Part shown: positions 19,269-28,930 of the stretch, in pieces
Layout of the letters: each line of letters begins with the position of its first letter
Numbering within the stretch: the stretch's first letter is position 1
Assembly (NCBI GenBank): GCA_017861355.1
Contig: JAGFXQ010000001.1
Span: 1-35,856, forward strand
From: Bacillota bacterium
Lineage (GTDB): Bacteria > Bacillota > Clostridia > Lachnospirales > Lachnospiraceae
Reading direction: 5' to 3'
DNA length: 35,856 bases
Program-made: the position numbers and the translations under genes
The notes under the pieces: model-generated
Told to the model about the DNA's origin: nothing
Seen by the model: only the letters and a program-made list of their open reading frames with translations
Databases searched by the model: none

Positions 19269-20555
19269 TTATGCTTCCTTTGACTTTGCAACAACAAAAT
19301 CAACAGCCTTCTGAACTGCGATGTCAGCCTTAATCTGCTCTTTTTCCTTCTCGCCGATTAATTCCTTTAATTTATCTGCTTCCATCTGGTACATAGCAGC
19401 CATCTCTGTAAGCTCTTTCTCTACATCCTCTTCGGACACTTCGATCTTCTCAGCCTTTGCTACTGCTTCTAATACTAATCTGCTCTGGATACGCTTCACA
19501 GCCTGAGGCTTCATGCTCTCCAAGAATTTCTTGGCATCCATACCTGTGAACTGGAAATACTGTTCAACAGAAAGACCTTGCTGCTGAATTCTCTGAGCGA
19601 AATCTTCTGCCATCTGATTTACCTGTGCAGAAATCATAGGTTCCGGAATATCCATAGTTGCGCCTTCGATGATTTTATCAACTACGTCGTTTTCCTTAGC
19701 TGTCTTTAATTCTTTTTCTTTATTTTCCTTAATTGTAGCCTTGATATTCTCTTTATATTCATCCAAAGTATCAAATTCAGATACATCCTGAGCGAAATCA
19801 TCATCAAGCTCAGGAAGCTCTTTCATTTTGATTTCTTTGACTGTAACCTTAAATAATGCCGGCTTTCCAGCTAATTCCTTCGCCTGGTACTCCTCCGGGA
19901 AGGTAACATTAACTTCTACTGCTTCGCCAATTGTTTTGCCGATTAACTGCTCCTCGAAAGTATCAATGAAGGAATGAGAACCGATGGTAAGGGAATAGTT
20001 CTCGCCCTTGCCGCCTTCAAATGCAACTCCGTCTACAAAGCCTTCGAAGTCGATTACAGTAATATCGCCATCCTGAACTGCTCTGTCATCTACGGTAATT
20101 GTTCTGGAATTCTGCTCACGCTCTTTATTGATCTGAGCCATAATCTCATCTTCTGTTACTTCTGCTTCCTTCTTCTCTACCTTAATACCCTTGTAGGTGC
20201 CTAAGGTAACTTCCGGCTTTAATGCTACTTCTGCTGTGAAGATGAAGCTCTGTCCTTTTTCAATCTGAACGACATCAATGTCAGGTCTGGATACGATATC
20301 GAGTCCGCTTTCTGTTGCAGCCTTGTCATAAGCCTCAGGAATCAGCTCATTTGCTGCATCCTCATAGAATACACTTACACCATACATCTTCTCGATGATG
20401 GAACGGGGAGCCTTACCCTTACGGAAGCCCTGAACATTCATCTTGCCCTTATTCTTCTGATATGCTTTCTCTAAAGCAACCTCAAATTCCTCAGCGGAAG
20501 CCTCTATGGTAAGCTTAGCCATATTCTTCTCTAATTTTTCAACCTGTAAACTCAT
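19269..20555 (-). CDS. tig: Trigger factor
   Basis: GFRKGKAP ribosome-binding motif and FKBP domain; start MSLQ after AGGAGG. Confidence 0.97.
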   Translation of the reverse strand: MSLQVEKLEKNMAKLTIEASAEEFEVALEKAYQKNKGKMNVQGFRKGKAPRSIIEKMYGVSVFYEDAANELIPEAYDKAATESGLDIVSRPDIDVVQIEKGQSFIFTAEVALKPEVTLGTYKGIKVEKKEAEVTEDEIMAQINKEREQNSRTITVDDRAVQDGDITVIDFEGFVDGVAFEGGKGENYSLTIGSHSFIDTFEEQLIGKTIGEAVEVNVTFPEEYQAKELAGKPALFKVTVKEIKMKELPELDDDFAQDVSEFDTLDEYKENIKATIKENKEKELKTAKENDVVDKIIEGATMDIPEPMISAQVNQMAEDFAQRIQQQGLSVEQYFQFTGMDAKKFLESMKPQAVKRIQSRLVLEAVAKAEKIEVSEEDVEKELTEMAAMYQMEADKLKELIGEKEKEQIKADIAVQKAVDFVVAKSKEA

Positions 20556-20811
20556 TTTGAATCCTCCTAGTATATTGGGATGATTATTATCCCTATTCTT
20601 CTTCTCGGAAGACAAATCTTCCAAGTATATTTCTGTATGTTACTTTTTACCATTTATGTTTATTTCATACGCAACAGTGTAAAAGTACATAACATCCGCA
20701 TTTGCAGACATTTTGACATTAGTATATTATAACATAAGGCTTCTGTAAATACCATTTTTATTTTTGTTTAGGGCTTTTTTGTGAAATTTACTTAAAATTT
20801 CTATAAAATCG

Positions 20812-22155
20812 CTATTTCACATGTCCCTGCGCCTTCATGGTTTCTACAACACGATCCACATACGTACGGCAGATCTCTTCTGACGCAGCCTCAACCATAA
20901 CACGGATTACTGGTTCTGTACCGCTCTCACGAACCAGAATACGACCATCATTACCCAACTCCTTTTCAACCTCTGCTACAACCTCCATAACAATCAGGTC
21001 ATTTTTCACAGCCTTCTTATTATGTACTTTTACATTCACCATAAGCTGGGGATAGATCGTAATTTCCTTTAGAAGTTCTGACAACGGAGCCTTACTTTCG
21101 AGCATAACTTCCATAATCTTCAAGGAAGTAAGTACACCATCTCCTGTTGTAGCATGCTTGCTGAATATGATGTGTCCGGATTGCTCTCCACCGATCGTGT
21201 GACCGTTCGTCATCATATTCTCATACACATATTTATCTCCTACCGCCGTCTTCTCGTATTGAATTCCCTTATTATCCAGTGCTTTATATAGACCCAGGTT
21301 CGACATAATGGTAGTTACCACCGTATTATTCTTCAGATCATTACGGCTCTTCATATAAACACCGCAAAGATACATAATAAGATCACCATCAAGAATATTG
21401 CCCTTTTCATCGACTGCTAAACATCGATCTGCATCTCCGTCATAGGCAAATCCAACATCAAGCTTATTTTCTACCACAAATTTCTGTAAATGTTCAATAT
21501 GGGTTGACCCGCAGTGGCGATTGATATTGGTTCCGTCCGGTTCACTGTTGATTACAAAGGTCTTCGCACCAAGAGCATCAAATACTCCCTTTGCAACCGT
21601 AGTAGCAGCACCGTTCGCAAGATCAAGGCCGACTTTCTTATCGGAGAAGGATCTGGTAGCCAAGGAAATCAAATAACCTATGTAGCGGTTTCTTCCAATT
21701 GCATAGTCCACGGTTCTTCCGATATTTTCTCTGGTTGCCATAGGCAAATCATCCGTCTCACTATCGATATAATCTTCAATCAGTTCTTCTATCTCAGCCT
21801 CAAGCTTATATCCGTTACCATTGATTACTTTAATACCGTTATCGTAATAAGGATTATGGCTGGCAGAGATCATAATACCACAATCAAAACCCTCACTCCG
21901 TACAACATATGAGATACTCGGAGTAGGAGTTACATGTAGCAGATATACATCTGCACCGCTGGCAGTTAGTCCTGCTACCAATGAATATTCAAACATATAG
22001 CTACTTCTTCTTGTATCCTTACCTATTACAATATTCGCTTTATGCTCCTTACCATAATAATTTCCTAAAAATCTACCTACCTTATATGCATGCATTACTG
22101 TCAGATTGACATTTGCTTCACCACGGAAGCCATCGGTTCCAAAATATTTACCCAT
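20812..22155 (-). CDS. glmM: Phosphoglucosamine mutase
   Basis: YFGTDG, ISASHNP, DGDADR, GGEQSGH and SGTEP. Confidence 0.96.
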   Translation of the reverse strand: MGKYFGTDGFRGEANVNLTVMHAYKVGRFLGNYYGKEHKANIVIGKDTRRSSYMFEYSLVAGLTASGADVYLLHVTPTPSISYVVRSEGFDCGIMISASHNPYYDNGIKVINGNGYKLEAEIEELIEDYIDSETDDLPMATRENIGRTVDYAIGRNRYIGYLISLATRSFSDKKVGLDLANGAATTVAKGVFDALGAKTFVINSEPDGTNINRHCGSTHIEHLQKFVVENKLDVGFAYDGDADRCLAVDEKGNILDGDLIMYLCGVYMKSRNDLKNNTVVTTIMSNLGLYKALDNKGIQYEKTAVGDKYVYENMMTNGHTIGGEQSGHIIFSKHATTGDGVLTSLKIMEVMLESKAPLSELLKEITIYPQLMVNVKVHNKKAVKNDLIVMEVVAEVEKELGNDGRILVRESGTEPVIRVMVEAASEEICRTYVDRVVETMKAQGHVK

Positions 22156-22333
22156 ATCCTCAATCCCTTTCTATATTGCGTAATCGGCGTTACCTACTTA
22201 GTAGTAATCCGTATCTTGTATTTAGTATATGCTTTCTTTTGTACCGCTCATGTCCCCAGAAAATAGTAAATTTCTTCAAAGTACGTTTATTTTATCATAA
22301 TAGTCATGGATTTGGAAATGGTTATTTCATAAT

Positions 22334-23395
22334 TTACTTAAATACCTGTGCAAGTCCATCCTCGGCAAGAAGCTCATACAAAGCATCTACAACCCGTATA
22401 TCAAGGCAACCGTTACGAACATCCTTTGCCAATATTTCCTTTGCTTCTTCTATCGACATCCTTGCACGATACGGGCGATCGGAATAGAGAGCATCAAAGA
22501 TATCTGCGACCGCCAATATTCTTGTCTCCATATTGATTTCTTCGCTTTTCAATCCATCCGGATAGCCGGATCCATTCAGCTTCTCATGATGACTGCGCAC
22601 CGGTCCGATACAATCCCTTAAGGATCCAAGCGGTTTTATGATCGTTTCCCCAATCTCGGTATGTTTCTTAATGATATCAAATTCTTCTTCCGTTAATCGG
22701 TCGGGTTTATTCAGGATATTCTCGGGAACCCCTACTTTACCGATGTCATGAATAATTCCTGCAATCTCAAGCTGGTTCAGTCTATCTTCTTCAAGTCCCA
22801 AGCGATCTCCCAGCATTCGGCTGAGCATCCCAACTCTTCTGGTGTGTCCATCCGTATACTTATCTTTTGCTTCAATTACATTGGCAAGCGTTATAATCAA
22901 ATTTTTCGAACTTTCCGTCTCTGTGTTATAATCGTGCTTCAACAATTCATACAACCTTGTTATCTCATGATTGGATTGTTCGAGCTCATCATATTTCTTA
23001 CGAAGATCATCCTCCAGTTCCTTCTTCTCAAGTCCATTCTTTACCACTTTAATCATATCATTATTATTCCAAGGTTTTTCAAGATAGTAGTAAAGACCAA
23101 TTTCGTTGATGCTACGGATTGCATTCTCCTTATCTGCATATCCGGTCAATAAGATGGTTACCGTATTCGGGCACTTCTCCCTGACATTCTTCAGGAACTC
23201 AAGACCGTTCATCTTCGGCATCATAAAATCAGAGATAATCAGGTCTACCTGATTATTGATCAGCTCGTTGCAGTTCAGTGCCTGTTCCACATCATTATAT
23301 GCGATGACATTTTCCTTCATCATAAGTTTAAACATGGTGGAAAGAGTTGTTGTTATCATTGTTTCATCATCGACTACCATTATTGTTCTGCTCAC
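22334..23395 (-). CDS. Response regulator with HD-GYP c-di-GMP phosphodiesterase output
   Basis: REC domain (VVDD, SDFMMP, LTG, EKP), coiled coil, then HTRRV, HDIGK, HHEKLNGSGYP and ADIFDAL. Confidence 0.92.
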   Translation of the reverse strand: MSRTIMVVDDETMITTTLSTMFKLMMKENVIAYNDVEQALNCNELINNQVDLIISDFMMPKMNGLEFLKNVREKCPNTVTILLTGYADKENAIRSINEIGLYYYLEKPWNNNDMIKVVKNGLEKKELEDDLRKKYDELEQSNHEITRLYELLKHDYNTETESSKNLIITLANVIEAKDKYTDGHTRRVGMLSRMLGDRLGLEEDRLNQLEIAGIIHDIGKVGVPENILNKPDRLTEEEFDIIKKHTEIGETIIKPLGSLRDCIGPVRSHHEKLNGSGYPDGLKSEEINMETRILAVADIFDALYSDRPYRARMSIEEAKEILAKDVRNGCLDIRVVDALYELLAEDGLAQVFK

Positions 23396-23424
23396 TATTA
23401 TTGCTCTCCGCCTTCATTTAATAT

Positions 23425-25062
23425 TTATGTTCTATCATTCACCATCGGAATCCGCAGAATAAATTCTGCACCTTTTCCCACTTCACTGTTTACTGTGATA
23501 TCTCCTTTATGTCCCTGCATTATATTGTAGCTAAGGTATAGTCCTAAACCAAGACCGACTCCAACCCCTTTCGTGGTATATCCTGGATCAAAAAGTTTGC
23601 TGATGTCTTCCTGTCTGATACCAATGCCGGTATCTTTGATTGCTATGTAAACATTGTTTTCGCTCTGATAGGTCCGAATATATAAATCCCCTTCCCCTTC
23701 AATCGCCTGGGAGGCATTTACTACAATATTCATAATGACTTGGTTCAGCTGCCCAGGGAAGCATTTCACCATAGGAAGCTCTGCATAATCTTCATGCACT
23801 GTAATACGGTTTTTGAGCAGATTTCTCGTTAATACCAGCACACTTTTTATTCCGTCATTGATATTTGCTTCCTGAAATTCTGCCTGATCCAGTCTGGAAA
23901 AGGATTTTAAGCTTTTGATTATCTCAATTATTCTATCACAGGCAATCAGATTAATGTCGTTTACTTCTTTTAATCTGGCAAATAGGGAACTAAGTTCTTC
24001 ATCTTCCTGAATAATACGGTTTCCTGCTATACTTTCCAACACCATATCCTCAAGCTGAGCATTGCTGTTGATCGCTCCCATCGGTGTATTAATCTCATGT
24101 GTAATCGCTGCCGTTAACATACCCACACTTGCCATCTTTTCACTTTGAATTAATTGTCCTTGTTGCTGTTGTATTTTATTTTTCGAATTAATTAGTTCTT
24201 CATTCTGCATTTCCAGTTCTGCGTTCTGACTCTCCAGGATATCCTTCTGATTTTCTACCGTCTCCTTTTGTTCCTCCAACAGTTTATTCTGATTCTCCAG
24301 CACTGCACCATAATCATGAAGTTTACGAATGATAGTATTTGTTGAGTCTGCCAGAGATTCCATCTCCCGAAGCGGCCTCTTCAAAACGACTTCCGTATGG
24401 ATTGCTGTCTCAATATCACCATCCGAGACTGCCTTCATCTTAATCTCCAATTGGCGGATCGGATTAATAATCGGGATTGCCAACAACAAACCCAGTATCT
24501 TTGATACCAATAGTGCACACAACCCGAAGATAGCAACGGCTGCCAACAGTCCGCCCATAACAATCGACGAGAAGATCGGATTGATCTGCACTTTAATACT
24601 TCCTATCGGTAATCCCGCCATATCAAACAGAGGTTTCTCAGATATTACGGATCTGTATATACCAATCATATCACGATTTACCGGTTCTTCGTTAGAATAC
24701 ACGATTTTATCCTGTACTGTGATGGTGATAAAGACTACCCGTTCGTTCCGCGTAAAGGAAAAATATTCACGAAATACTTTGTTCAGACTGACTTCATCCA
24801 ACCATTGTTCGGTTACCGGCGCCTTTGGATCTAACTCGCTAATATGTTGAAGCCCTAAAATTTTAAGTGCATTCCCAGAATTAATATCATTTTGAATGAT
24901 CGTTCCTACCGCTTCCACCTGAAAACCGGCAACTCCATGCGTTATGATCAATAACAGACCAATTACCAGAGCACTTAAAAAAGCTACCGGCAGAAACGCA
25001 GAAAAGTTCAGCGCATTTCGTACTCTTTTTCTTAAAGTTCTTCTGTTTCTTCTTTTGTTCAC
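23425..25062 (-). CDS. Membrane sensor histidine kinase (2 TM, HAMP, coiled coil, HisKA, HATPase)
   Basis: H box ITHEINTP, N box NQVIMNIVVNASQA, DTGIGI, FDPGYTTK and GLGL. Confidence 0.92.
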   Translation of the reverse strand: MNKRRNRRTLRKRVRNALNFSAFLPVAFLSALVIGLLLIITHGVAGFQVEAVGTIIQNDINSGNALKILGLQHISELDPKAPVTEQWLDEVSLNKVFREYFSFTRNERVVFITITVQDKIVYSNEEPVNRDMIGIYRSVISEKPLFDMAGLPIGSIKVQINPIFSSIVMGGLLAAVAIFGLCALLVSKILGLLLAIPIINPIRQLEIKMKAVSDGDIETAIHTEVVLKRPLREMESLADSTNTIIRKLHDYGAVLENQNKLLEEQKETVENQKDILESQNAELEMQNEELINSKNKIQQQQGQLIQSEKMASVGMLTAAITHEINTPMGAINSNAQLEDMVLESIAGNRIIQEDEELSSLFARLKEVNDINLIACDRIIEIIKSLKSFSRLDQAEFQEANINDGIKSVLVLTRNLLKNRITVHEDYAELPMVKCFPGQLNQVIMNIVVNASQAIEGEGDLYIRTYQSENNVYIAIKDTGIGIRQEDISKLFDPGYTTKGVGVGLGLGLYLSYNIMQGHKGDITVNSEVGKGAEFILRIPMVNDRT

Positions 25063-25093
25063 TTAGGATCCCTGCTTTCGACAAGTCTTGTTA

Positions 25094-25275
25094 TTATTAT
25101 ATCATGAACACAGTGCTTGTTCATGATCTTCTACTCCGATCGCATAATATCAAGCAAGCTTGTATTATGCTCACTACGCTTTATTATATCATGAACACAG
25201 TACTTGTTCATGATCTCCTGCTCCGATCGCATAATATCAAGCAAGCTTGTATTATGCTCACTACGCTTTATTATA
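25094..25275. repeat. Two tandem 87-bp double-hairpin units bounded by TTATTATA
   Basis: 25094-25180 and 25181-25267 differ at 3 positions; a third TTATTATA lies at 25268-25275. Confidence 0.92.
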
Positions 25276-25286
25276 CTATATAACAG

Positions 25287-25343
25287 AAAAAAAAACATCA
25301 CCGATTGAACGGTAATGCCATTCAAGACGGTGATGTTCTTTTT
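25287..25343 (-). terminator. Intrinsic terminator of the SASP gene
   Basis: AACATCACCG...CGGTGATG stem followed by T9 on the minus strand. Confidence 0.8.
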
Positions 25344-25389
25344 CAATTCAAGTAAAACGCTTTCACGTTTCCTCTTGTTCGATTTCCTA

Positions 25390-25614
25390 TTACTGTTGGC
25401 CACCGGACATTGATTGTTCCTGCTGTCTGATCATACGTTTAACCATTTCTCCGCCTACAGAACCATTCTGTTTGCTAGTTAAATCGCCATTGTAACCTTG
25501 CTTTAACGGAACACCGATTTCGTTTGCAATTTCCATTTTGAAACGGTCAAGAGCCTCTCTTGCCTGAGGAACCTCTGCTCTGTTAGATCCACTATTGTTA
25601 TTATTACTTGCCAT
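25390..25614 (-). CDS. Alpha/beta-type small acid-soluble spore protein
   Basis: VPQAREALDRFKMEIANEIG (EIAxE germination-protease site) and LTSKQNGSVGGEMVKRMI; GGAGGTG RBS. Confidence 0.96.
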   Translation of the reverse strand: MASNNNNSGSNRAEVPQAREALDRFKMEIANEIGVPLKQGYNGDLTSKQNGSVGGEMVKRMIRQQEQSMSGGQQ

Positions 25615-25931
25615 ATTAATTTCACCTCCATTTTGGTTAATATCAAAGCAACCAAGTACAAAATCAGCTGATTGTAGGTTCAGCGGTTTCTTATAAGTAT
25701 TGTCACCGCACGTGATTTCGTTTTGTATTGCCTGTAATATTATTGTTAACAGGTTAGGGAAATATTATGATGGTAATTTTTGTTTATTCTACCATCCAAT
25801 TGTTATTCCGACTTTTTTCATATTAATAACCCTTCTCTTATCATAGACTGCAATTTGATACCATAGATACAAACTTGCCGTATGAACCATTTACTATCAC
25901 ACTTAACCTTGACTGAAGAATATATAATAAC

Positions 25932-25970
25932 AAAAAAATCGGTCACCCAAGATTAGTATTGGATGACCGA
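25932..25970 (-). terminator. Intrinsic terminator of the solute-binding protein gene
   Basis: TCGGTCATCCAA-loop-TTGGGTGACCGA followed by T7. Confidence 0.8.
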
Positions 25971-26027
25971 CGAAATAATATGTTTAGATCATAAAGATTC
26001 TTTTTGTAAATGTTTCACAACTATGTA

Positions 26028-27446
26028 TTATTGTGCCACTGACTCCACTCCATTTGCTGTGTCAAGGAAAGTCTGCCATAGCTGCTGAACCTTTTCCACC
26101 GATTCTGCAGGAGTTAATGCACGAGCATCCAAGTCATAGCATACATCGCCGTAATCAATACCGGCAATTAACGGCAAGTAAGACATCGTTCCATGATCCG
26201 GCTCGTAGAATAAAGGAAGCGTCTCTTCTACTGCTCTTGCATCTCTGAATACCGGATAATAGTTTGCTCTCCAATCTTCTTCTTCATAACCGGGTGTTGT
26301 ATTGGTAAATAAATTATATGCAAATGCTACATTTTCTGCATATTCAGGATCCAGACCTGCCGGCATAACAACAATATTCTCTGTGAATACCGTCATCATC
26401 TGACCATTCGGGCCCTTCGGGAAGATTACAAAGCCCCAATCATCCTCCATGTCCTTCCAGGTGTTAACCTTATACTCCTCTGCACATTGCATCGCAACCT
26501 TGCCTTCAATGAAAGGTTGAATGAACCAATCCCAGTTAGAGCCTTCCGGCTGAGGCATATGATAACCTGCATCATACAAACTGATACCCCATTCCAGAGC
26601 TTCTAAAAATTTAGCATCGCCAGTCGTGTTAATGAACTTTCCGTCATCACTCTTACCGATGAACTGAGCTCCGTTGGAATATACACAACCACGGAAGAAA
26701 TCCTTGGAGAAACTTGCGAGACCATATACATCCGGTGTTCCGTCATTATTGGTATCACGTGTTAATTTTGCGCATAAATCCGTAAAGGTATCCCAATTCC
26801 ATTCATCCTTTGCCTGTAATTCATAAGGCAGCTCAGGATCAATTCCTGCTTCTTCAAATAATCTCTTATTAAAGAAGATACCAAGTCTGGGTTCCATCTT
26901 TCCGATAGCCATACCGTAGTTATGACCATTGAATTTCATAAGATCCAGTACCTGCTGATTCCATTTCTCCTGAGTAAAATCAAAATTTTTCAGAGTCTCA
27001 AGAGGATACAGTAAACCTTGCTGTAACGGAGCTGCGATGAACTTCTGATCCATTACAAATACATCTGCTGCCGGATCTCCTGCCATAATGGAAGAGACAA
27101 CGATTTCCTGATATTCTGTCCACGAGCCGAGATTTACATTCTTGATCTTGAAGTTATACTTCTCCATCATCTCATTTCTGTACGCCAGCGTGTCCTCTTC
27201 TTTCTGTGTCGTGGGCTCTTTATCCGTCTCCCACCAATTACCGACTACGATCTCCATACCTCCCAGATCCTTTGGTGCTTCTGTCGGAACTGGTGTTGCT
27301 GTAGGCTCCGCAGCCTTTGTTGCTGCAGGTGCAGCCGTTGGCTCTGTAGTCTTAGTGTCTTCACTGCTGCTACATGCAGAAAGCATGGACAACATGAGGA
27401 CTGCTACGAGCGCAATCGCATAAAACTTCTTAATACTGTGTTTCAT
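26028..27446 (-). CDS. ABC transporter extracellular solute-binding lipoprotein (carbohydrate family 1-like)
   Basis: Lipobox LSAC, Pro/Thr/Ala linker, GIFFNKRLFEEAG, WNWDTF and WGFVIFPKGP. Confidence 0.88.
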   Translation of the reverse strand: MKHSIKKFYAIALVAVLMLSMLSACSSSEDTKTTEPTAAPAATKAAEPTATPVPTEAPKDLGGMEIVVGNWWETDKEPTTQKEEDTLAYRNEMMEKYNFKIKNVNLGSWTEYQEIVVSSIMAGDPAADVFVMDQKFIAAPLQQGLLYPLETLKNFDFTQEKWNQQVLDLMKFNGHNYGMAIGKMEPRLGIFFNKRLFEEAGIDPELPYELQAKDEWNWDTFTDLCAKLTRDTNNDGTPDVYGLASFSKDFFRGCVYSNGAQFIGKSDDGKFINTTGDAKFLEALEWGISLYDAGYHMPQPEGSNWDWFIQPFIEGKVAMQCAEEYKVNTWKDMEDDWGFVIFPKGPNGQMMTVFTENIVVMPAGLDPEYAENVAFAYNLFTNTTPGYEEEDWRANYYPVFRDARAVEETLPLFYEPDHGTMSYLPLIAGIDYGDVCYDLDARALTPAESVEKVQQLWQTFLDTANGVESVAQ

Positions 27447-27477
27447 ATAACTTACCTCCCTATATAATGGTAGTTAT

Positions 27478-27536
27478 ATTTTACCATATTAATTGGAAAA
27501 ATCCAACACTAAATTAGTTTAGTAACAAATCTAATT
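27478..27536 (-). promoter_or_regulatory. Sigma-A promoter of the SBP gene with an adjacent palindromic operator
   Basis: TTGGAT-17 bp-TAAAAT with TGn (27478-27506); palindrome AATTAGTTTAGTAACAAATCTAATT at 27512-27536. Confidence 0.5.
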
Positions 27537-27872
27537 CTATCTGATACGAGTTTCCCGCTAGGAGCAGAATGCTCCATCTATAGAATGAAAGGTTTGACCT
27601 ATGAACTAATTCATTTGACAGATATATTATAACTAAAGAAATTCTGCATATAATCTCCCCATTGGACATCCATAGGGAGATTTCCTCTTTGCCATTTTCG
27701 GTTGAAACAAACCCGGGATTGGCCTGTTCATTCATCCGTAAAATGCATCTTCACTTAGTGCTCTTTATCTTTCTAATAGTGCTATAAGCGGTTAATCTTC
27801 TTTACTTGTAAACTCCTTTGCGTTATACTGTTTTGGAAATGAAATTAATCAGGACGAAAGTGAGGATAAAGA

Positions 27873-28901
27873 ATGAAAATCGTAGTATTGGCTGGAGGCA
27901 CCAGTACAGAAAGAGACGTATCCTTGTCGACAGGCGGAATGATTTATAAAGCTCTTAAGGGTGCCGGTCATAAGGTTGTTTTACTCGATGTATACTTAGG
28001 CTATGAAGGCGAGACTGCCAACATATTTGAAATAGAGAAGGATTTTGCTGCTAATTTTGGAGCAATCAAAGAAAGCAATCCGGATATTGCACAGGTCAAG
28101 GCACTTAGAAAAGATAATCCGGACAGCTTCTTCGGACCAAACGTGATCGATATCTGTCGTAGTGCTGACATCGTATTTTTAGCTCTTCACGGCGAGAACG
28201 GAGAAGACGGCAAACTTCAGGCTGCGTTTGATCTGATGGGGATCAAGTATACCGGAACCGATTATACCAGCAGTGCTCTCGCAATGGATAAAGCAATATC
28301 CAAGGAGATTTTTGCTTATTATCATATTCCTACCCCGTCCGGCATTCATGTAAAAAAAGGAGAAACCTTCGAATGGAGTTTGTACCCCTGTGTGGTAAAG
28401 GTGTGCAATGGCGGTTCCAGCGTCGGTGTCTCAATCGCAAATACCGAAGTTGAGATGCAGGGTGCACTTGCCAATGCTTTCCATTATGGAAATGAAGTCG
28501 TAATTGAACAGTTCATCAAGGGTCGTGAGTTTTCCGTCGGTGTTATCGACGGGAAAGCCTTACCGGTGATTGAAATCGCTCCGCTTGTAGGTTTTTATGA
28601 CTACAAAAATAAGTATCAGGCAGGCAGTGCAGTCGAGACTTGCCCTGCAGTTCTTAACGAGGAATTAACAGTACGCATGCAACAGATCGCAGAAGATGTT
28701 TTCGCTGCTCTTCGTCTAAAAACCTACGCCCGTATGGATTTCATGCTAAGTGAGCAGAATGAGATCTTCTGTCTTGAAGCAAATACTTTGCCCGGTATGA
28801 CTCCCACCTCCTTACTTCCGCAGGAAGCAAAGGTGATCGGTATTGATTTTACAGGCTTGTGTGAGAAAATAATTGAAATCTCATTAAATAAATACAAATA
28901 A
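27873..28901 (+). CDS. ddl: D-alanine--D-alanine ligase
   Basis: GGTSTERDVSL, LHGENGEDG, GSSVGV, YDYKNKY and EANTLPGMT. Confidence 0.95.
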   Translation: MKIVVLAGGTSTERDVSLSTGGMIYKALKGAGHKVVLLDVYLGYEGETANIFEIEKDFAANFGAIKESNPDIAQVKALRKDNPDSFFGPNVIDICRSADIVFLALHGENGEDGKLQAAFDLMGIKYTGTDYTSSALAMDKAISKEIFAYYHIPTPSGIHVKKGETFEWSLYPCVVKVCNGGSSVGVSIANTEVEMQGALANAFHYGNEVVIEQFIKGREFSVGVIDGKALPVIEIAPLVGFYDYKNKYQAGSAVETCPAVLNEELTVRMQQIAEDVFAALRLKTYARMDFMLSEQNEIFCLEANTLPGMTPTSLLPQEAKVIGIDFTGLCEKIIEISLNKYK

Positions 28902-28930
28902 TCCGTCAGATCTCTTGGGAGGATGAAAGA

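Noticed and set aside
22156-22333. glmS ribozyme or other riboswitch upstream of glmM
   Set aside because: No recognisable conserved core; only weak hairpins and an uncertain sporulation-type CATATACTA element
25094-25275. CRISPR or classical IS/MITE interpretation of the 87-bp repeat
   Set aside because: No spacers, no terminal inverted repeats spanning the unit and no transposase nearby
25131-25403. 90-aa minus-strand ORF (MANSNRK...) after the SASP gene
   Set aside because: Runs through a strong terminator and the 87-bp repeats; no RBS and no SASP motifs
27514-27735. 73-aa minus-strand ORF and a possible c-di-GMP riboswitch upstream of the SBP gene
   Set aside because: The ORF has no RBS or motif; the GNCAAACC-like start lacks the GAAA tetraloop and GCAAAGC core of the class I riboswitch
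27873-28901. Van-type D-Ala-D-Lac or D-Ala-D-Ser ligase
   Set aside because: The omega loop YDYKNKY is the ordinary Ddl type and no van accessory genes are present
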